The notes beneath the pieces are model-generated. The model searched no databases. It saw only the letters and a program-made list of their open reading frames with translations, and was not told where the DNA came from. From Terriglobia bacterium (GTDB lineage Bacteria; Acidobacteriota; Terriglobia; Versatilivoradales; Versatilivoraceae), in NCBI GenBank assembly GCA_963665655.1, contig OY762429.1, forward strand, positions 248,161 to 312,160: 64,000 nucleotides of DNA. Direction: 5' to 3'. The number at the start of each line of letters is the position of its first letter. Within the stretch, counting starts at the first letter, position 1. The translations under genes and the position numbers were made by a program. Below, piece after piece: positions 1 through 9,840 of this stretch.

Positions 1-2421
1 AAGGGCCGGGAGTTCGCCATCACGGAAAGGGACCGGCAATACTGGGCCTTCCGGCCCGTTCGACGCCCTGCCCTGCCGGCCCTCCAGGATGCGAGTTGGC
101 CCCGAACGGCCATTGATCGCTTCATCCTGGCCCGCCTCGAAAACGCGGGCCTCAAACCATCCCCGCAGGCCGGCCGTCGAGAGCTGATCCGGCGGTTGAG
201 CTACAACCTCACCGGTTTGCCTCCCACCCCGGCCGAGGTGGAAGCCTTCGTGCAGGACCGGTCTCCGCAGGCCTGGTCCAGGCTGGTGGATCGCTTGCTG
301 GAGTCTCCCCACTACGGGGAACGATGGGGGCGCTACTGGCTGGACGTGGCCCGCTATGCCGAGGATGACTTGTACGGCCCCGCGGGAAACTCCCAATATT
401 CCAACGCCTGGCGCTACCGTGACTGGGTGATCCAGGCCTTCAACCGGGACATGCCCTACGACCTGTTCGTCAAGGCGCAAATCGCCGGAGACCTGCTTCA
501 GCGGGATGACCGGGAGGAACTGCTGGCCGGCACCGGATTCCTCAGCCTGGGAGTCTGGTATTACGGCGCCGTGCAGGCTCCCCAGGCCCGGGCCGACGAA
601 CGCTTCGACCGCATCGACGCACTGACACGCGGATTCCTGGGTCTGACGGTCGGGTGCGCCCGCTGCCACGACCACAAGTACGACCCCATCGCCTTCAACG
701 ACTACTGGGCTCTGGACGGAATCATGGCCAGCACGGTCTACCGGGAATACCCGCTGGCGCCCGAGGAAACCGTCAAGACTTACAAAGAGCACAGCCGGAA
801 GGTGAAGGCCCTGGAGGACTCCATCAAGGAGTTTCTCGACAAGCAGTCGGTTCAACTCAGCGAAATGCTGGCCTGGAAGACCTCGAGATACCTGCTGGCG
901 ACCTGGAAGTCGCTGCAGGATCCAAACCTCTCCCGCGCCCAACTGGCTAGAGCCGAGGGAATCGACCCCGAGTTGCTGGAGGCATGGTTCACTTACCTGA
1001 CCGCAGAGGAGAAGCCGCACCCCTACCTGCAGGGATGGGACGACCTGCGGGCCCGGGGTGGAACCCTGGCGGAAGCCACAAGAATCGCCGAGGAGTTTCA
1101 GGCGCTGGCGCTCGAGATCTTCGCCGAGAAGAAGGCGGCCGACGAGAAGAACCACATCATCCTGGAGTCCAACAAGCCGAAAGTGGACCCCGAGACGGCC
1201 GTCTACCTGCCCAACGGGTTTCTCGTCGAAGATATCTGCCACATCTGCGAGCTGACGCTCGAACCCATCCCCCGGGAAAAGTACATTCTCTGGTTGGATT
1301 TGTTCGGGGCTACCGATCTGACCAACAGCTTCATGAAAGAGGACTACGGGCTGTTCCGACTGCGGGACGAAAAACTGGAAAGCACCCTCCAGGGCGAATG
1401 GAAGATCTATCTGACGACGTTGCGCTCCAGGCTGGAGAGGTTGAAGAAGAGCAGCCCGCCCGCCTACGCCTTTTTCCACGGGATGGCCGACTCTCCCCGT
1501 CCCGGCGACTCCCGCATCCACCTCCGGGGCAATCCCTACGACCTGGGCGACACCACCCCGCGCCGATTCCTGACGGTGCTGAACGACGGCCGGCCCCAGC
1601 CGCTCAACCAGGGAAGCGGGCGCCTGCAACTCGCCGAGGCCATAGCCGGCCATCCCCTGTCGGCTCGGGTCATGGTCAACCGCATCTGGCAGCACCATTT
1701 CGGTCAGGGCATCGTCCGAACCCCCGGCAACTTCGGCCGGCTGGGCTCTCCACCCACCCACCCGGAACTGCTGGAATACCTGGCCCACCGCTTCATCCAA
1801 AGCAACTACTCGGGCAAGGCCCTGCATCGGGAGATTCTGCTGTCGGCCACCTACCGGCAGAGCAGCCGCCACCGGGAGGCAGCGGCTGCCAAGGATCCCG
1901 AGAACCGGCTGCTGTGGCGGGCCAACCGGCGGCGGCTGGACGCCGAGGCCTTGCGGGATTCCATGCTGGCCATCGCGGGAACACTGAGTCCCAACGTCGG
2001 TGGGGCTTCGGTGGATCTGTCCAAGGATGCCCGCCGCCGGAGCGTCTACGGGCAAGTGAATCGTTCCAGGCTGGACGGCATGCTGGCCCTTTTCGACTTT
2101 CCCGACCCCAGCTTGAGCAGCCAGCAACGGGCTGTCACCAACGTGCCCTCGCAGAAACTCTTCTTTCTCAACAGCAAGCTGGTCTGGGACCAGGCCGGAG
2201 TTCTGGCGGATCGAGTCCAGGGGAAAGGAAACCGGTTGGACGGCCGCACGGTCGACCGGGTCTACCAACTGATCTTCGGCCGCCAGGCCACCCGGGAGGA
2301 ACGCCAACTGGCTCTGAACTTCATGGAAACGGCGCAAGAAGAGAACAATCAGCCTGCCGATCGGCTGAGGCAGTACCTTCAGACCCTGCTGAGCTCCAAC
2401 GAGTTTCTGTTCGTCGACTGA
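1..2421 (+). CDS. DUF1549/DUF1553 (PSCyt2/PSD1) planctomycete cytochrome c-type domain protein, 5'-truncated by window edge
   Basis: Frame 1 is open from base 1 (KGREFAITERDRQYWAFRPV...). Motifs SPHYGERWGRYWLDVARYA, heme-type CARCHDH, PLSARVMVNRIWQHHFGQG and RRLDAEALRDSML are characteristic of DUF1549/DUF1553 proteins. Confidence 0.92.
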   Translation, partial: KGREFAITERDRQYWAFRPVRRPALPALQDASWPRTAIDRFILARLENAGLKPSPQAGRRELIRRLSYNLTGLPPTPAEVEAFVQDRSPQAWSRLVDRLLESPHYGERWGRYWLDVARYAEDDLYGPAGNSQYSNAWRYRDWVIQAFNRDMPYDLFVKAQIAGDLLQRDDREELLAGTGFLSLGVWYYGAVQAPQARADERFDRIDALTRGFLGLTVGCARCHDHKYDPIAFNDYWALDGIMASTVYREYPLAPEETVKTYKEHSRKVKALEDSIKEFLDKQSVQLSEMLAWKTSRYLLATWKSLQDPNLSRAQLARAEGIDPELLEAWFTYLTAEEKPHPYLQGWDDLRARGGTLAEATRIAEEFQALALEIFAEKKAADEKNHIILESNKPKVDPETAVYLPNGFLVEDICHICELTLEPIPREKYILWLDLFGATDLTNSFMKEDYGLFRLRDEKLESTLQGEWKIYLTTLRSRLERLKKSSPPAYAFFHGMADSPRPGDSRIHLRGNPYDLGDTTPRRFLTVLNDGRPQPLNQGSGRLQLAEAIAGHPLSARVMVNRIWQHHFGQGIVRTPGNFGRLGSPPTHPELLEYLAHRFIQSNYSGKALHREILLSATYRQSSRHREAAAAKDPENRLLWRANRRRLDAEALRDSMLAIAGTLSPNVGGASVDLSKDARRRSVYGQVNRSRLDGMLALFDFPDPSLSSQQRAVTNVPSQKLFFLNSKLVWDQAGVLADRVQGKGNRLDGRTVDRVYQLIFGRQATREERQLALNFMETAQEENNQPADRLRQYLQTLLSSNEFLFVD

Positions 2422-2435
2422 ATGAGGGGAACTCC

Positions 2436-3869
2436 ATGTCCATCCCGATGTCCTCTGAATTGGCGGTGAGTCGGCGCGATCTGCTCCGAATGCTGGGCGG
2501 CGGCTTCGGACTCTACGGCTATGCCAGCCTGCTCGAGAACTCCCGGGTGCATGCCTCTGTGCCGACCGCATCGACCGATCCCCTGGCGGTCAAGGCTCCC
2601 CACTTCCCAGCCAGAGCCAAGCGGGTCATCTTTCTCTTCATGAATGGCGGACTCTCGCAGGTTGACACCTTCGACCCCAAGCCCCGGTTGACCAGACATG
2701 ACGGCCAGCCCATGCCGGGGGGATATGTCAAGACCGAACGCAAGACCGGCAATCTCATGCGGTCTCCCTTCCGGTTCAAGAGATACGGCCAGAGCGGGAT
2801 TGAAGTCAGCGAGCTCTTTTCCGAAACGGCCGCCCACATCGACGACATCTGCGTGATCCGCTCCATGCATACCGAGGTTCCCAACCATCCCCCGGGAATG
2901 TTCCTGATGAATTGCGGTCACCAGCAGCCGGGACGGCCCTCGCTGGGGTCCTGGCTCACCTATGGACTGGGCACCGAAAACCGCAATCTTCCGGGTTTCA
3001 TGGTGCTCTGCCCCTCCGGCGGTCCTCCCACCGGAGGCGTCCCCCTCTGGAACTCGGCCTTTCTGCCCGCGGTCTACCAGGGGACCCGCATCCCCAACGA
3101 TCAGACGACCCCGGAAAAGCTCATCCATGACATTCGCAACTCCCATCTGACCCGGCGGCAGCAGCGCCGCCAACTGGACCTGCTGGACCGGCTCAACCAT
3201 TTTCACCGGCGGCAGCGCCCCGCCGATCCCCAGTTGGAGGGAAGCATCCATTCCATGGAAATCGCCTACCGGATGCAGGTGGAGGCCCCGGAAGTCTTCG
3301 ACCTCTCCAAGGAGAATCCGGCCACGCTGGAGCGCTACGGCCAAAGCGATTTTGCCCGGGGCTGCCTCATGGCCCTGCGCCTGGTGGAGCGAGGAGTGCG
3401 GGTGGTCCAGGTCTATTTCGGCACCGGACAGCCCTGGGACAGCCACTACGACATCATGGCCCACCAACGGCTGGCCCGGGAGGCCGATCCGGCCATGGCG
3501 AACCTGCTGCAGGACCTGAAGGACCGGGGCCTGTTCGAAGACACGCTGGTGATCTGCGGCAGCGAGTTCGGCCGCACCCCGGTGGTGGAGACCAGCGGCG
3601 CCAGCGTGGTCCAGAACGGCCGCGACCACAACCATTGGGGCTTCTCTGTCTGGCTGGCCGGCGCGGGAGTCCGCGGCGGAACCACCTACGGGAGCACCGA
3701 CGACTTCGGTTTCAAAGCCGTGGAGAACAAGATCCACGTCCACGACCTGCACGCCACCGTCCTGCACCTGCTGGGCCTCGACCACGAAAAGCTGACCTAC
3801 CGCTACAGCGGCCGGGATTTCCGCCTGACCGACGTCCACGGCCGGGTCATCCGGGAAGCGCTGGCCTGA
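2436..3869 (+). CDS. DUF1501 domain-containing protein (sulfatase-like, Tat-type N-terminus)
   Basis: ATG 2436 follows GAGGGGA. SRRDLL twin-arginine-like motif, AKRVIFLFMNGGLSQVDTFDPKP, SEFGRTP, GRDHNHWGF and DFRLTDVHG. This is the usual partner of DUF1553 genes. The ORF-track start at 984 is an upstream shadow extension. Confidence 0.93.
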   Translation: MSIPMSSELAVSRRDLLRMLGGGFGLYGYASLLENSRVHASVPTASTDPLAVKAPHFPARAKRVIFLFMNGGLSQVDTFDPKPRLTRHDGQPMPGGYVKTERKTGNLMRSPFRFKRYGQSGIEVSELFSETAAHIDDICVIRSMHTEVPNHPPGMFLMNCGHQQPGRPSLGSWLTYGLGTENRNLPGFMVLCPSGGPPTGGVPLWNSAFLPAVYQGTRIPNDQTTPEKLIHDIRNSHLTRRQQRRQLDLLDRLNHFHRRQRPADPQLEGSIHSMEIAYRMQVEAPEVFDLSKENPATLERYGQSDFARGCLMALRLVERGVRVVQVYFGTGQPWDSHYDIMAHQRLAREADPAMANLLQDLKDRGLFEDTLVICGSEFGRTPVVETSGASVVQNGRDHNHWGFSVWLAGAGVRGGTTYGSTDDFGFKAVENKIHVHDLHATVLHLLGLDHEKLTYRYSGRDFRLTDVHGRVIREALA

Positions 3870-3889
3870 AGTGCCCGCGCCCTGCCGTT

Positions 3890-4435
3890 TCAGAAGGCAA
3901 ATCCCACAGACACCGTCGATCGCAGCAGTGGCACCAAGCCGATGCGGACTTCCGGGGCCAGGAACAGGCGCCTGGTCAGGAACAACCGGGCGCCCAGGCC
4001 GGCTGTATAGTGAATGCGGCCCTGCGTTTCCCAGCGGCGCTTGGGAAGCGAGGGATCGAAGTGAGCCCTGGGATCGGGTAGCCACGACCGATACTGGGTG
4101 TATCCGACGCCGATGACCATGAAGGGCTTGAAACGCGAATTCGACAGGAACTCGTACTCCGCCACGGGGTGAAAGAGTCTGGCGCGTTGCTTGTACGAGT
4201 CGTACTTGCCGAACAGATTGGCATGCAGAACCTCGAGGCCGAGCCGCAGCTTCGGACCAACAGCGGCGGTCACCGATCCCCCTCCGGTCCAGGCTTCCGG
4301 CGGCGTGTCGTCCAAGCCGTACAGGTAGCCCCAGTGCGCCCGCAGGTCCACTCGGGACGACTGTGCGGGCGCAGCCGGTGGAATCAGCAGGACGGCGGTC
4401 AACAGGCTGAGAAATACGAAGATCGGACGAAGCAT
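3890..4435 (-). CDS. putative outer-membrane beta-barrel protein (OmpA/OmpW-like), exported
   Basis: ATG 4435 with GGAGG RBS, hydrophobic signal peptide (MLRPIFVFLSLLTAVLLIPPAAPA), amphipathic beta-strands and C-terminal aromatic residue (VSVGFAF). Confidence 0.7.
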   Translation of the reverse strand: MLRPIFVFLSLLTAVLLIPPAAPAQSSRVDLRAHWGYLYGLDDTPPEAWTGGGSVTAAVGPKLRLGLEVLHANLFGKYDSYKQRARLFHPVAEYEFLSNSRFKPFMVIGVGYTQYRSWLPDPRAHFDPSLPKRRWETQGRIHYTAGLGARLFLTRRLFLAPEVRIGLVPLLRSTVSVGFAF

Positions 4436-4561
4436 GATTCCTCCCCGGAAACAGGACATGGGTACAGGCCGCGTGCTCGATGAACCGATGCCACCGGCGG
4501 GAGTGAGGCTGCGGGACTTCACTCCCGGGCCGGGGCATCACACGGAGCGGGCGTCGAGCTA

Positions 4562-5125
4562 TCATCTTCGGCTCTTGCGCTTGGCGCCGGCAGCCTCGTC
4601 CCGCCGTTCGCCGGGCACGAAATAGATGTCTCCCATCCTGGGCGCCGCCAGAAATGCGAAGGCCGTGGGCGCAGCGATAACCACGGCAGCCACAAGCAGC
4701 TTTCCCTTGGCATTGAAGTCGCCACCCATCATCATGGGTACTCCCACTGCAGTGCCGGCGCCGGCAGTGACCCATCCCTGGTAGCGCTTCTTGAAGGGCC
4801 GCCGGATCTTGACCTTGCGCACGTCCTGCTTCGGGAGAGTGCGCGTATGCCCTCCCGGCAGCAGCAGCGTCACCGAGTCGACCGTGGCCGAGTGGAAGCG
4901 GCCGCTGAACTTCCTTTTGCCCCGAGGCGCCCGGTCCTTGTAGAGCCGCACCGTGGTGCGGGTCCCGGGTGTGACGATCTGCACCCTGTTCCAGTCCCGC
5001 TTCACCCAGAATCCGGCAGCCGCTTCGGGGGCTCCTGCCGACAATGACAAAACCGTCACCAGGAGCAGCCCGCAGATTCTGGCCATCCTGGATTGCCTTC
5101 CATGGTTGAAATTGACATCGGTCAT
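4562..5125 (-). CDS. hypothetical exported/membrane protein
   Basis: ATG 5125 preceded by AAGGAGG. N-terminal hydrophobic signal, small beta-rich segment, then two Gly/Ala-rich hydrophobic segments near the C-terminus. Confidence 0.65.
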   Translation of the reverse strand: MTDVNFNHGRQSRMARICGLLLVTVLSLSAGAPEAAAGFWVKRDWNRVQIVTPGTRTTVRLYKDRAPRGKRKFSGRFHSATVDSVTLLLPGGHTRTLPKQDVRKVKIRRPFKKRYQGWVTAGAGTAVGVPMMMGGDFNAKGKLLVAAVVIAAPTAFAFLAAPRMGDIYFVPGERRDEAAGAKRKSRR

Positions 5126-5235
5126 GACATCCTCCTTCCCTTCTGGTGGTCGCGTGGCAGGTTTATGCCCCCGTGCCGACTGAATTGTCCGGAGCGTGCT
5201 ACATATCCCTGGAAAGCACGTGCCCTGCCAACTGG

Positions 5236-7224
5236 TCAGCGCCATTCCTCGGCGCGCTCGGAGAAGATCGTGCCCCCGCTTTCGAACCACTGCGAAAAAC
5301 CAATGGTCCCGTTCGCGGTCAGGCAAGTGATGGCTGCATTCATGGCCCTCCGCAGTGCTTTGCCGGCGGGCGTGTCGGGATAACTGAAGGCCCCCCATTC
5401 GTTGCCCTCCGTGTCGATGGCGGTCACGCGCAGGCCCGCTGTGTCGCGTGTCGTCACCCGGTTGCCCAGCTCCCCCCGTGCCACGGCATCCACGACACCC
5501 CCCAGCAGCGCGCTGATCTGTTCGCTGTCGTTGTTGAAATAGTGCACTTCGGGGCGGCCATCTCCGGCCGGCGCCAGGCGGACACGAGTGGCGATGGCGG
5601 CAGACCCCGTGCCCGCGGCAATGCGCAGAGCCGCCCCGCTGTCCGGCTCTCCGGCGATCAAGACATCGCCGCCGACCAGTTGCACTTGCGTCCCGCTGCG
5701 GAGGAAGCCCTCGGCATCGATGATGCCGGTCAGCTCCAACAGCCGCTTCTCGCCGGTGGTGCCCCGCAGAACGCCCACGCGGTGGTCTGACGTCAGATCG
5801 GCGTGCCGATTGATGACACTCTCCGAGCGCACCAGCAGCGATTGGCGAAAGCTGACATGGGCCAGGCCGAAGCGGATCACTTGCCGCCCGTTTGCATCCC
5901 GGGAGCGTTCAGGCAAAGCGGTGATCCCACCGCCCACCAGGTCGTAACGTTCTTGCGCCGCTTTGAGCCAGATCCCGGAGAAGGGATTGCCGATCCCCAG
6001 CGTGTTGAAGCTCAGCGTTCCCTTTGAAAAGGTCTCGACGGCAGCGACCAGGTCCGGCTCGTAGCCCATCGGTTGATGGCCCGCCGAGGTGATTGAATAA
6101 CTCATCGGATTGAAATCGGTATAGAAACCGTAATTGACGCGCATGTCCGGCAATTCAGCCAGCATTTCCCGGGCCGCCTGGCAGGCGGCCGCGGTCGCGC
6201 CCTTTGGGTCCCCTGAGTCAGTGCCGCACCCGGCAGGCGGGCAATCCAGGTAGATTCCGGCGCCGACCAGCACCGGCAGACTGTGGATCACGACCCGTTT
6301 GACGAAAGCCCTCTTGCGCTGCAGCAATCCGGTGGCCGGATTGTGCGCCCAGTAGTAGAGTGAGCTTTCCCCAAACCTGTCCGCAAGGCCGACCAGGTTT
6401 CGGCCTTTAAGGGCTGCGCTGAAATCGGCATCCAACTCGGATTCGCCGAGGCCGTTCCCCTGGTTGTAGGGGTCGCCGGTGAACAACGTGTTGCCATAGG
6501 TGTCCAAGCCGAACAGGTAAATCGAGTTGGTCCTCCAGCGAGGATCGGTCGACAGAGCGACAGTGCCGAAATACCCCTGCGACTCCAGCTCTAGAGCCGC
6601 ACAACGAACAAACTCCTGCAGTTTTTCAGGGGAAGGATCGGCCTCAAGGCCCCTGGCGTTGACTTCTTCCCTCCGGCAGGCGGCCGGGATGTCGCGGGGG
6701 TAGACCCCCGCACCGATCGCAGCCGGCGTCCCCTCCCAGATGAGGCTCTTGAGATAGGCAAACTTCGGTTCATCCCGGCCCGTCTCCGGGTTGGTGAAGG
6801 AGTAATACATCCAGCCCTCGCCGAAGTTGCTCACGATACGGTGCTGTTCCTTGAACCAGTCATTGCCGAAGCCGTCGATCAGGAGCCCCCAGGGAGCCCC
6901 TTCCCTCGATGGATCAGGGGGATAGACGAACGTCGTCGCCTGATGGCTTATGGGGGTCACTTCGTCGACAACGACATAGATCGGGCCGCTTCTCCAGCGC
7001 TCGTCCTCATGAAAGGCCCTGCGGGCTTCCTCGAACCCCACTTCCTGAACGAACTCGTAGGCGCATTGGACGAACCCCCGAACGTCCTCCGGCGTGCGCA
7101 CAGCGCTTGCGGAAACGGAGCGATCCGCACAAGACAACGGTTCAGCGCCCCCCCGGACAACAAAAGCCGTAGCCGCATGGAGCAAGACCAGGAAAATCAG
7201 AAACAGAGAGTTATTCCCTTTCAT
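5236..7224 (-). CDS. secreted tandem Cache-domain / family-3 substrate-binding-domain fusion protein
   Basis: ATG 7224 preceded by AGGAGGAAGG. Signal peptide, two Cache-like repeats (GWMYYSFTNPETGRDEPKFAYLK...IGAGVY; SLYYWAHNPATGLLQRKRAFVK...VGAGIY), then a PBP2/SBP_bac_3-like region (GFYTDFNPMSY...GYEPDLVAAV; HRVGVLRGTTGE). Confidence 0.8.
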   Translation of the reverse strand: MKGNNSLFLIFLVLLHAATAFVVRGGAEPLSCADRSVSASAVRTPEDVRGFVQCAYEFVQEVGFEEARRAFHEDERWRSGPIYVVVDEVTPISHQATTFVYPPDPSREGAPWGLLIDGFGNDWFKEQHRIVSNFGEGWMYYSFTNPETGRDEPKFAYLKSLIWEGTPAAIGAGVYPRDIPAACRREEVNARGLEADPSPEKLQEFVRCAALELESQGYFGTVALSTDPRWRTNSIYLFGLDTYGNTLFTGDPYNQGNGLGESELDADFSAALKGRNLVGLADRFGESSLYYWAHNPATGLLQRKRAFVKRVVIHSLPVLVGAGIYLDCPPAGCGTDSGDPKGATAAACQAAREMLAELPDMRVNYGFYTDFNPMSYSITSAGHQPMGYEPDLVAAVETFSKGTLSFNTLGIGNPFSGIWLKAAQERYDLVGGGITALPERSRDANGRQVIRFGLAHVSFRQSLLVRSESVINRHADLTSDHRVGVLRGTTGEKRLLELTGIIDAEGFLRSGTQVQLVGGDVLIAGEPDSGAALRIAAGTGSAAIATRVRLAPAGDGRPEVHYFNNDSEQISALLGGVVDAVARGELGNRVTTRDTAGLRVTAIDTEGNEWGAFSYPDTPAGKALRRAMNAAITCLTANGTIGFSQWFESGGTIFSERAEEWR

Positions 7225-7556
7225 GATCGTCCCTTCCTCCTGTACTTGAAACAACAGAAAAAAGAGTTATCCGAGAAGTCACGCGAAGAAAGACGGTGAG
7301 GGAACCGGAACCTGTCCCCGCCCTCGACAGGCCATCAACGTCCCCGGTTTCACCCTCGAATGATCCGCCTCGTCGTGGGAGCGGGGGTGCCACTGGTCGG
7401 ACAGATCCACGGAATGTTGAGGCTGCACGGCGGGAGGGGGCAGTTCAAGGGGAGTAAGACACTCTTCTGTTTTCTTGTGCCTCGGAACTTGAGCTCCGCA
7501 TCGACCTGCCTGAGATCCCGGAGAAACTTCATTTGGCAGGCCATGGGCGGAAAGCC

Positions 7557-7645
7557 TGGTGCCGGAGGGGGGACTTGAACCCCCACGTGGGGTAACCCAC
7601 GCTAGATTTTGAGTCTAGTGCGTCTGCCAATTCCGCCACTCCGGC
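7557..7645 (-). tRNA. tRNA-Leu(CAA)
   Basis: Reverse complement GCCGGAGTGGCGGAATTGGCAGACGCACTAGACTCAAAATCTAGCG...GGTTCAAGTCCCCCCTCCGGCACCA. Anticodon stem CTAGA/TCTAG with CAA, long variable arm, encoded CCA. Confidence 0.97.
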
Positions 7646-7733
7646 CGAGTGGGGTGAGGATGGACGTAACACGGACAGCGCTACCGTACCATAGCGGATC
7701 GGTCCTGGGAATCCATATCTCGAGACGGCGTGG

Positions 7734-7762
7734 AGATTAGCATGCCGCCACCGATTTGTAAA
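7734..7762 (-). promoter_or_regulatory. putative sigma70 promoter for tRNA-Leu
   Basis: TTTACA-N17-TAATCT with TG at the extended -10 position, about 90 nt upstream of the tRNA. Confidence 0.55.
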
Positions 7763-7802
7763 CGCGGTCCCGACACGATTGAAAAGAGGAATAGGGCAGC
7801 CG

Positions 7803-8801
7803 TTACCGCCCGTCAGGGCCGGTGGGAGCACTTGCGGCTCTCAGAACGGACCGAATGCCTTCAGCCACCTCGGGCGACGGGAACTCGGTCTCGCCCGTCA
7901 CGATCAGGGCAAAGTTGACCGCCAGGATTTCTTCAGGGTGAATGATATAGGAGCTGTTCCTGCCAATCTGCTCGAAGAACCCCGACACCTCCTTGACCTC
8001 GACCAGCCTGGGAGCTGAATCGGCCGGCGGCGCCGGAACGTCGCGGCCGGCTTCCACGTCTTCCAGCAACAGACGAAACTGCAGATACTTGAAGAAACTG
8101 CCTCCCTGCAAGGGGTCGTAGCGATCGCTCTTGGAGTAAAGGACCGGGACCGCCCAGAACCGCCGCCCCTCCTTTTGCACGCGAATCCGGTGGGCGTTGA
8201 CGGGCGCGTCCGGATTGGTGATCCTGCGCCGGGCCAAGGGATCCGGCAACTCGACCTCATCGCAAGGCTCGAATCCGATCACCCGGTACAGTCGATCCCG
8301 CAGCTCCCGGTCGTGACGGGACAGGAGGTGAAACAGCTCATGGGCGACCAGTTGGGCGAGCTCTTCCGGGGATTGGCCGAGTCTGGTCCGGGGCAGAATG
8401 ACGGCCTTCCCCCGGGTGTAGGCCGCCCCTCCCTCCTCCTCTCCGGTCGTATGAACGAAAAGGATCCTCTCGGGCCAATTCAAGGGAAACTGGCCCAGTG
8501 AGGACCGGACCCTCTCGAAGGCCTGTTCCACCTTTTCTCTGTCGCCGCCGCTCCAGGCGATGACCTCGCCGGAGACGAAATCCAGAAATTCCGGCTCGGA
8601 CACTTCCCGGTCCGTCTTCAGGCGAGCGGCCCGGTCGAAGGGACTCAAGCGCCGGATGAACCCATCCCGGGTCCGGAGAATCTCCTGTCCTTCTTGCACT
8701 GAGGCAAAACGGATCCCCGGGGTCGGCGCCGGACCGGACAGCGCCAAGGCGACGGTTGCCCCCAGGCAGGCCAGACCGGCGTTGAAGCAGCCATGGATCA
8801 T
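7803..8801 (-). CDS. exported hypothetical protein, putative zinc metallopeptidase (HEXXH)
   Basis: Hydrophobic N-terminus and GGAAYTRG...LVAHELFHLLSR zincin-type motif. Lies 21 nt downstream of fabH. Confidence 0.7.
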   Translation of the reverse strand: MIHGCFNAGLACLGATVALALSGPAPTPGIRFASVQEGQEILRTRDGFIRRLSPFDRAARLKTDREVSEPEFLDFVSGEVIAWSGGDREKVEQAFERVRSSLGQFPLNWPERILFVHTTGEEEGGAAYTRGKAVILPRTRLGQSPEELAQLVAHELFHLLSRHDRELRDRLYRVIGFEPCDEVELPDPLARRRITNPDAPVNAHRIRVQKEGRRFWAVPVLYSKSDRYDPLQGGSFFKYLQFRLLLEDVEAGRDVPAPPADSAPRLVEVKEVSGFFEQIGRNSSYIIHPEEILAVNFALIVTGETEFPSPEVAEGIRSVLRAASAPTGPDGR

Positions 8802-8822
8802 ATCGTCCCCGGCTTCCTGTCA

Positions 8823-9818
8823 CTACCAGCGAAGGATGGTGGCGCCCCAGGTAAAGCCGGAACCGAACGCGGCCAGAACCACCAGGTCTCCCGGCTGGAC
8901 CCGTCCTGCTCGCACAGCTTCGTCCAACGCGATAGGAATGGATGCCGCCGTGGTGTTGCCGTACCGTTGAATATTGCTGAAAACCCGTTCCGGCGGTATT
9001 TTCAAGGAACGAACCACCGCTTCGGATATCCGCAAATTGGCCTGATGCAGGATCAGAAGCGCCACATCCGCTATATTGAGATGGTTGTCGGCCAAGGCTT
9101 CCAGCACGCTTTCCTGCAGGCGCTCCACCGCATGTTTGAAGACGTAGCGGCCGTCCATGTGCGGATAGTGCCGTCCCTCTCTCAGCATTTCCTCCGTCAA
9201 TCGGGGGTGGCTCAGCGAGGTCGGCGCTTCCAGCCACAGTTTCCGCGCATATTTCCCCTGGGCATGCAAGGGGCTGGAGAGAATTCTCCGGCTTCCGTTC
9301 TCCGAACGGCCTACGATAACAGCCCCGGCCCCGTCACCGAAGATGACGGCCACGTCGCGCCCGTGGGTATTCATCTCAAGCCCGGAAGAATGAACCTCGG
9401 CGCCGACCACCAGGATGTGGTGGTAGGTGCCGGTCCGGACGAACTGATCGGCGATGGACAGACCGTAGACGAAACCCGTGCACTGATTGCGGACATCCAG
9501 GGCCCCCACCGTGCCAACGCCGAGCTTTTCCTGCAGCAGGCAGCCGCAACCCGGAAAATTGTACTCGGGACTCAAGGTAGCAAAGATGATGAAGTCGATC
9601 CGGTCAGGCTCCAGCCCGGCAGACTGCAGGGCGCGGTGGGCCGCCTGCAGACCCAGGTCGGTGGGACCGACCCCCGGCTCCACGAAACGCCGCTCGCGGA
9701 CTCCCGTCCTCTGCTGGATCCACTCGTCAGAGGTATCCATCACCTTTTCCAGATCGGCGTTGGTGACGATCTTTTCGGGCAGGTAGCTTCCGGTACCCAG
9801 GATTCTGGCGTTGAACAT
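8823..9818 (-). CDS. fabH: 3-oxoacyl-[ACP] synthase III
   Basis: ARILGTGSYLPEKIVTN, DTSDEWIQQRTG, catalytic NQCTGF, FGDGAGA, HQANLRI, YGNTTAASIP and AFGSGFTWG. Confidence 0.93.
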   Translation of the reverse strand: MFNARILGTGSYLPEKIVTNADLEKVMDTSDEWIQQRTGVRERRFVEPGVGPTDLGLQAAHRALQSAGLEPDRIDFIIFATLSPEYNFPGCGCLLQEKLGVGTVGALDVRNQCTGFVYGLSIADQFVRTGTYHHILVVGAEVHSSGLEMNTHGRDVAVIFGDGAGAVIVGRSENGSRRILSSPLHAQGKYARKLWLEAPTSLSHPRLTEEMLREGRHYPHMDGRYVFKHAVERLQESVLEALADNHLNIADVALLILHQANLRISEAVVRSLKIPPERVFSNIQRYGNTTAASIPIALDEAVRAGRVQPGDLVVLAAFGSGFTWGATILRW

Positions 9819-9840
9819 GGCTATCGAGGGCTTGGCGGAA

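Noticed and set aside
984-2435. 5' part of the 961-aa ORF 984..3869
   Set aside because: It overlaps the DUF1553 gene in another frame and reads as Pro/Arg/Gly-rich shadow sequence. The real DUF1501 gene starts at 2436.
4498-4527. Integron attC site
   Set aside because: The 9-bp stem lacks RYYYAAC/GTTRRRY core sites, and no integron integrase is present.
2379-4775. 798-aa minus-strand ORF
   Set aside because: It is antisense to the DUF1501 gene with no motif. Long shadow ORFs are expected at this GC content.
7400-7560. Integrative element at the tRNA-Leu 3' end
   Set aside because: No integrase and no duplicated tRNA 3' end (att) found in the window. Kept only as a weak islet hypothesis.
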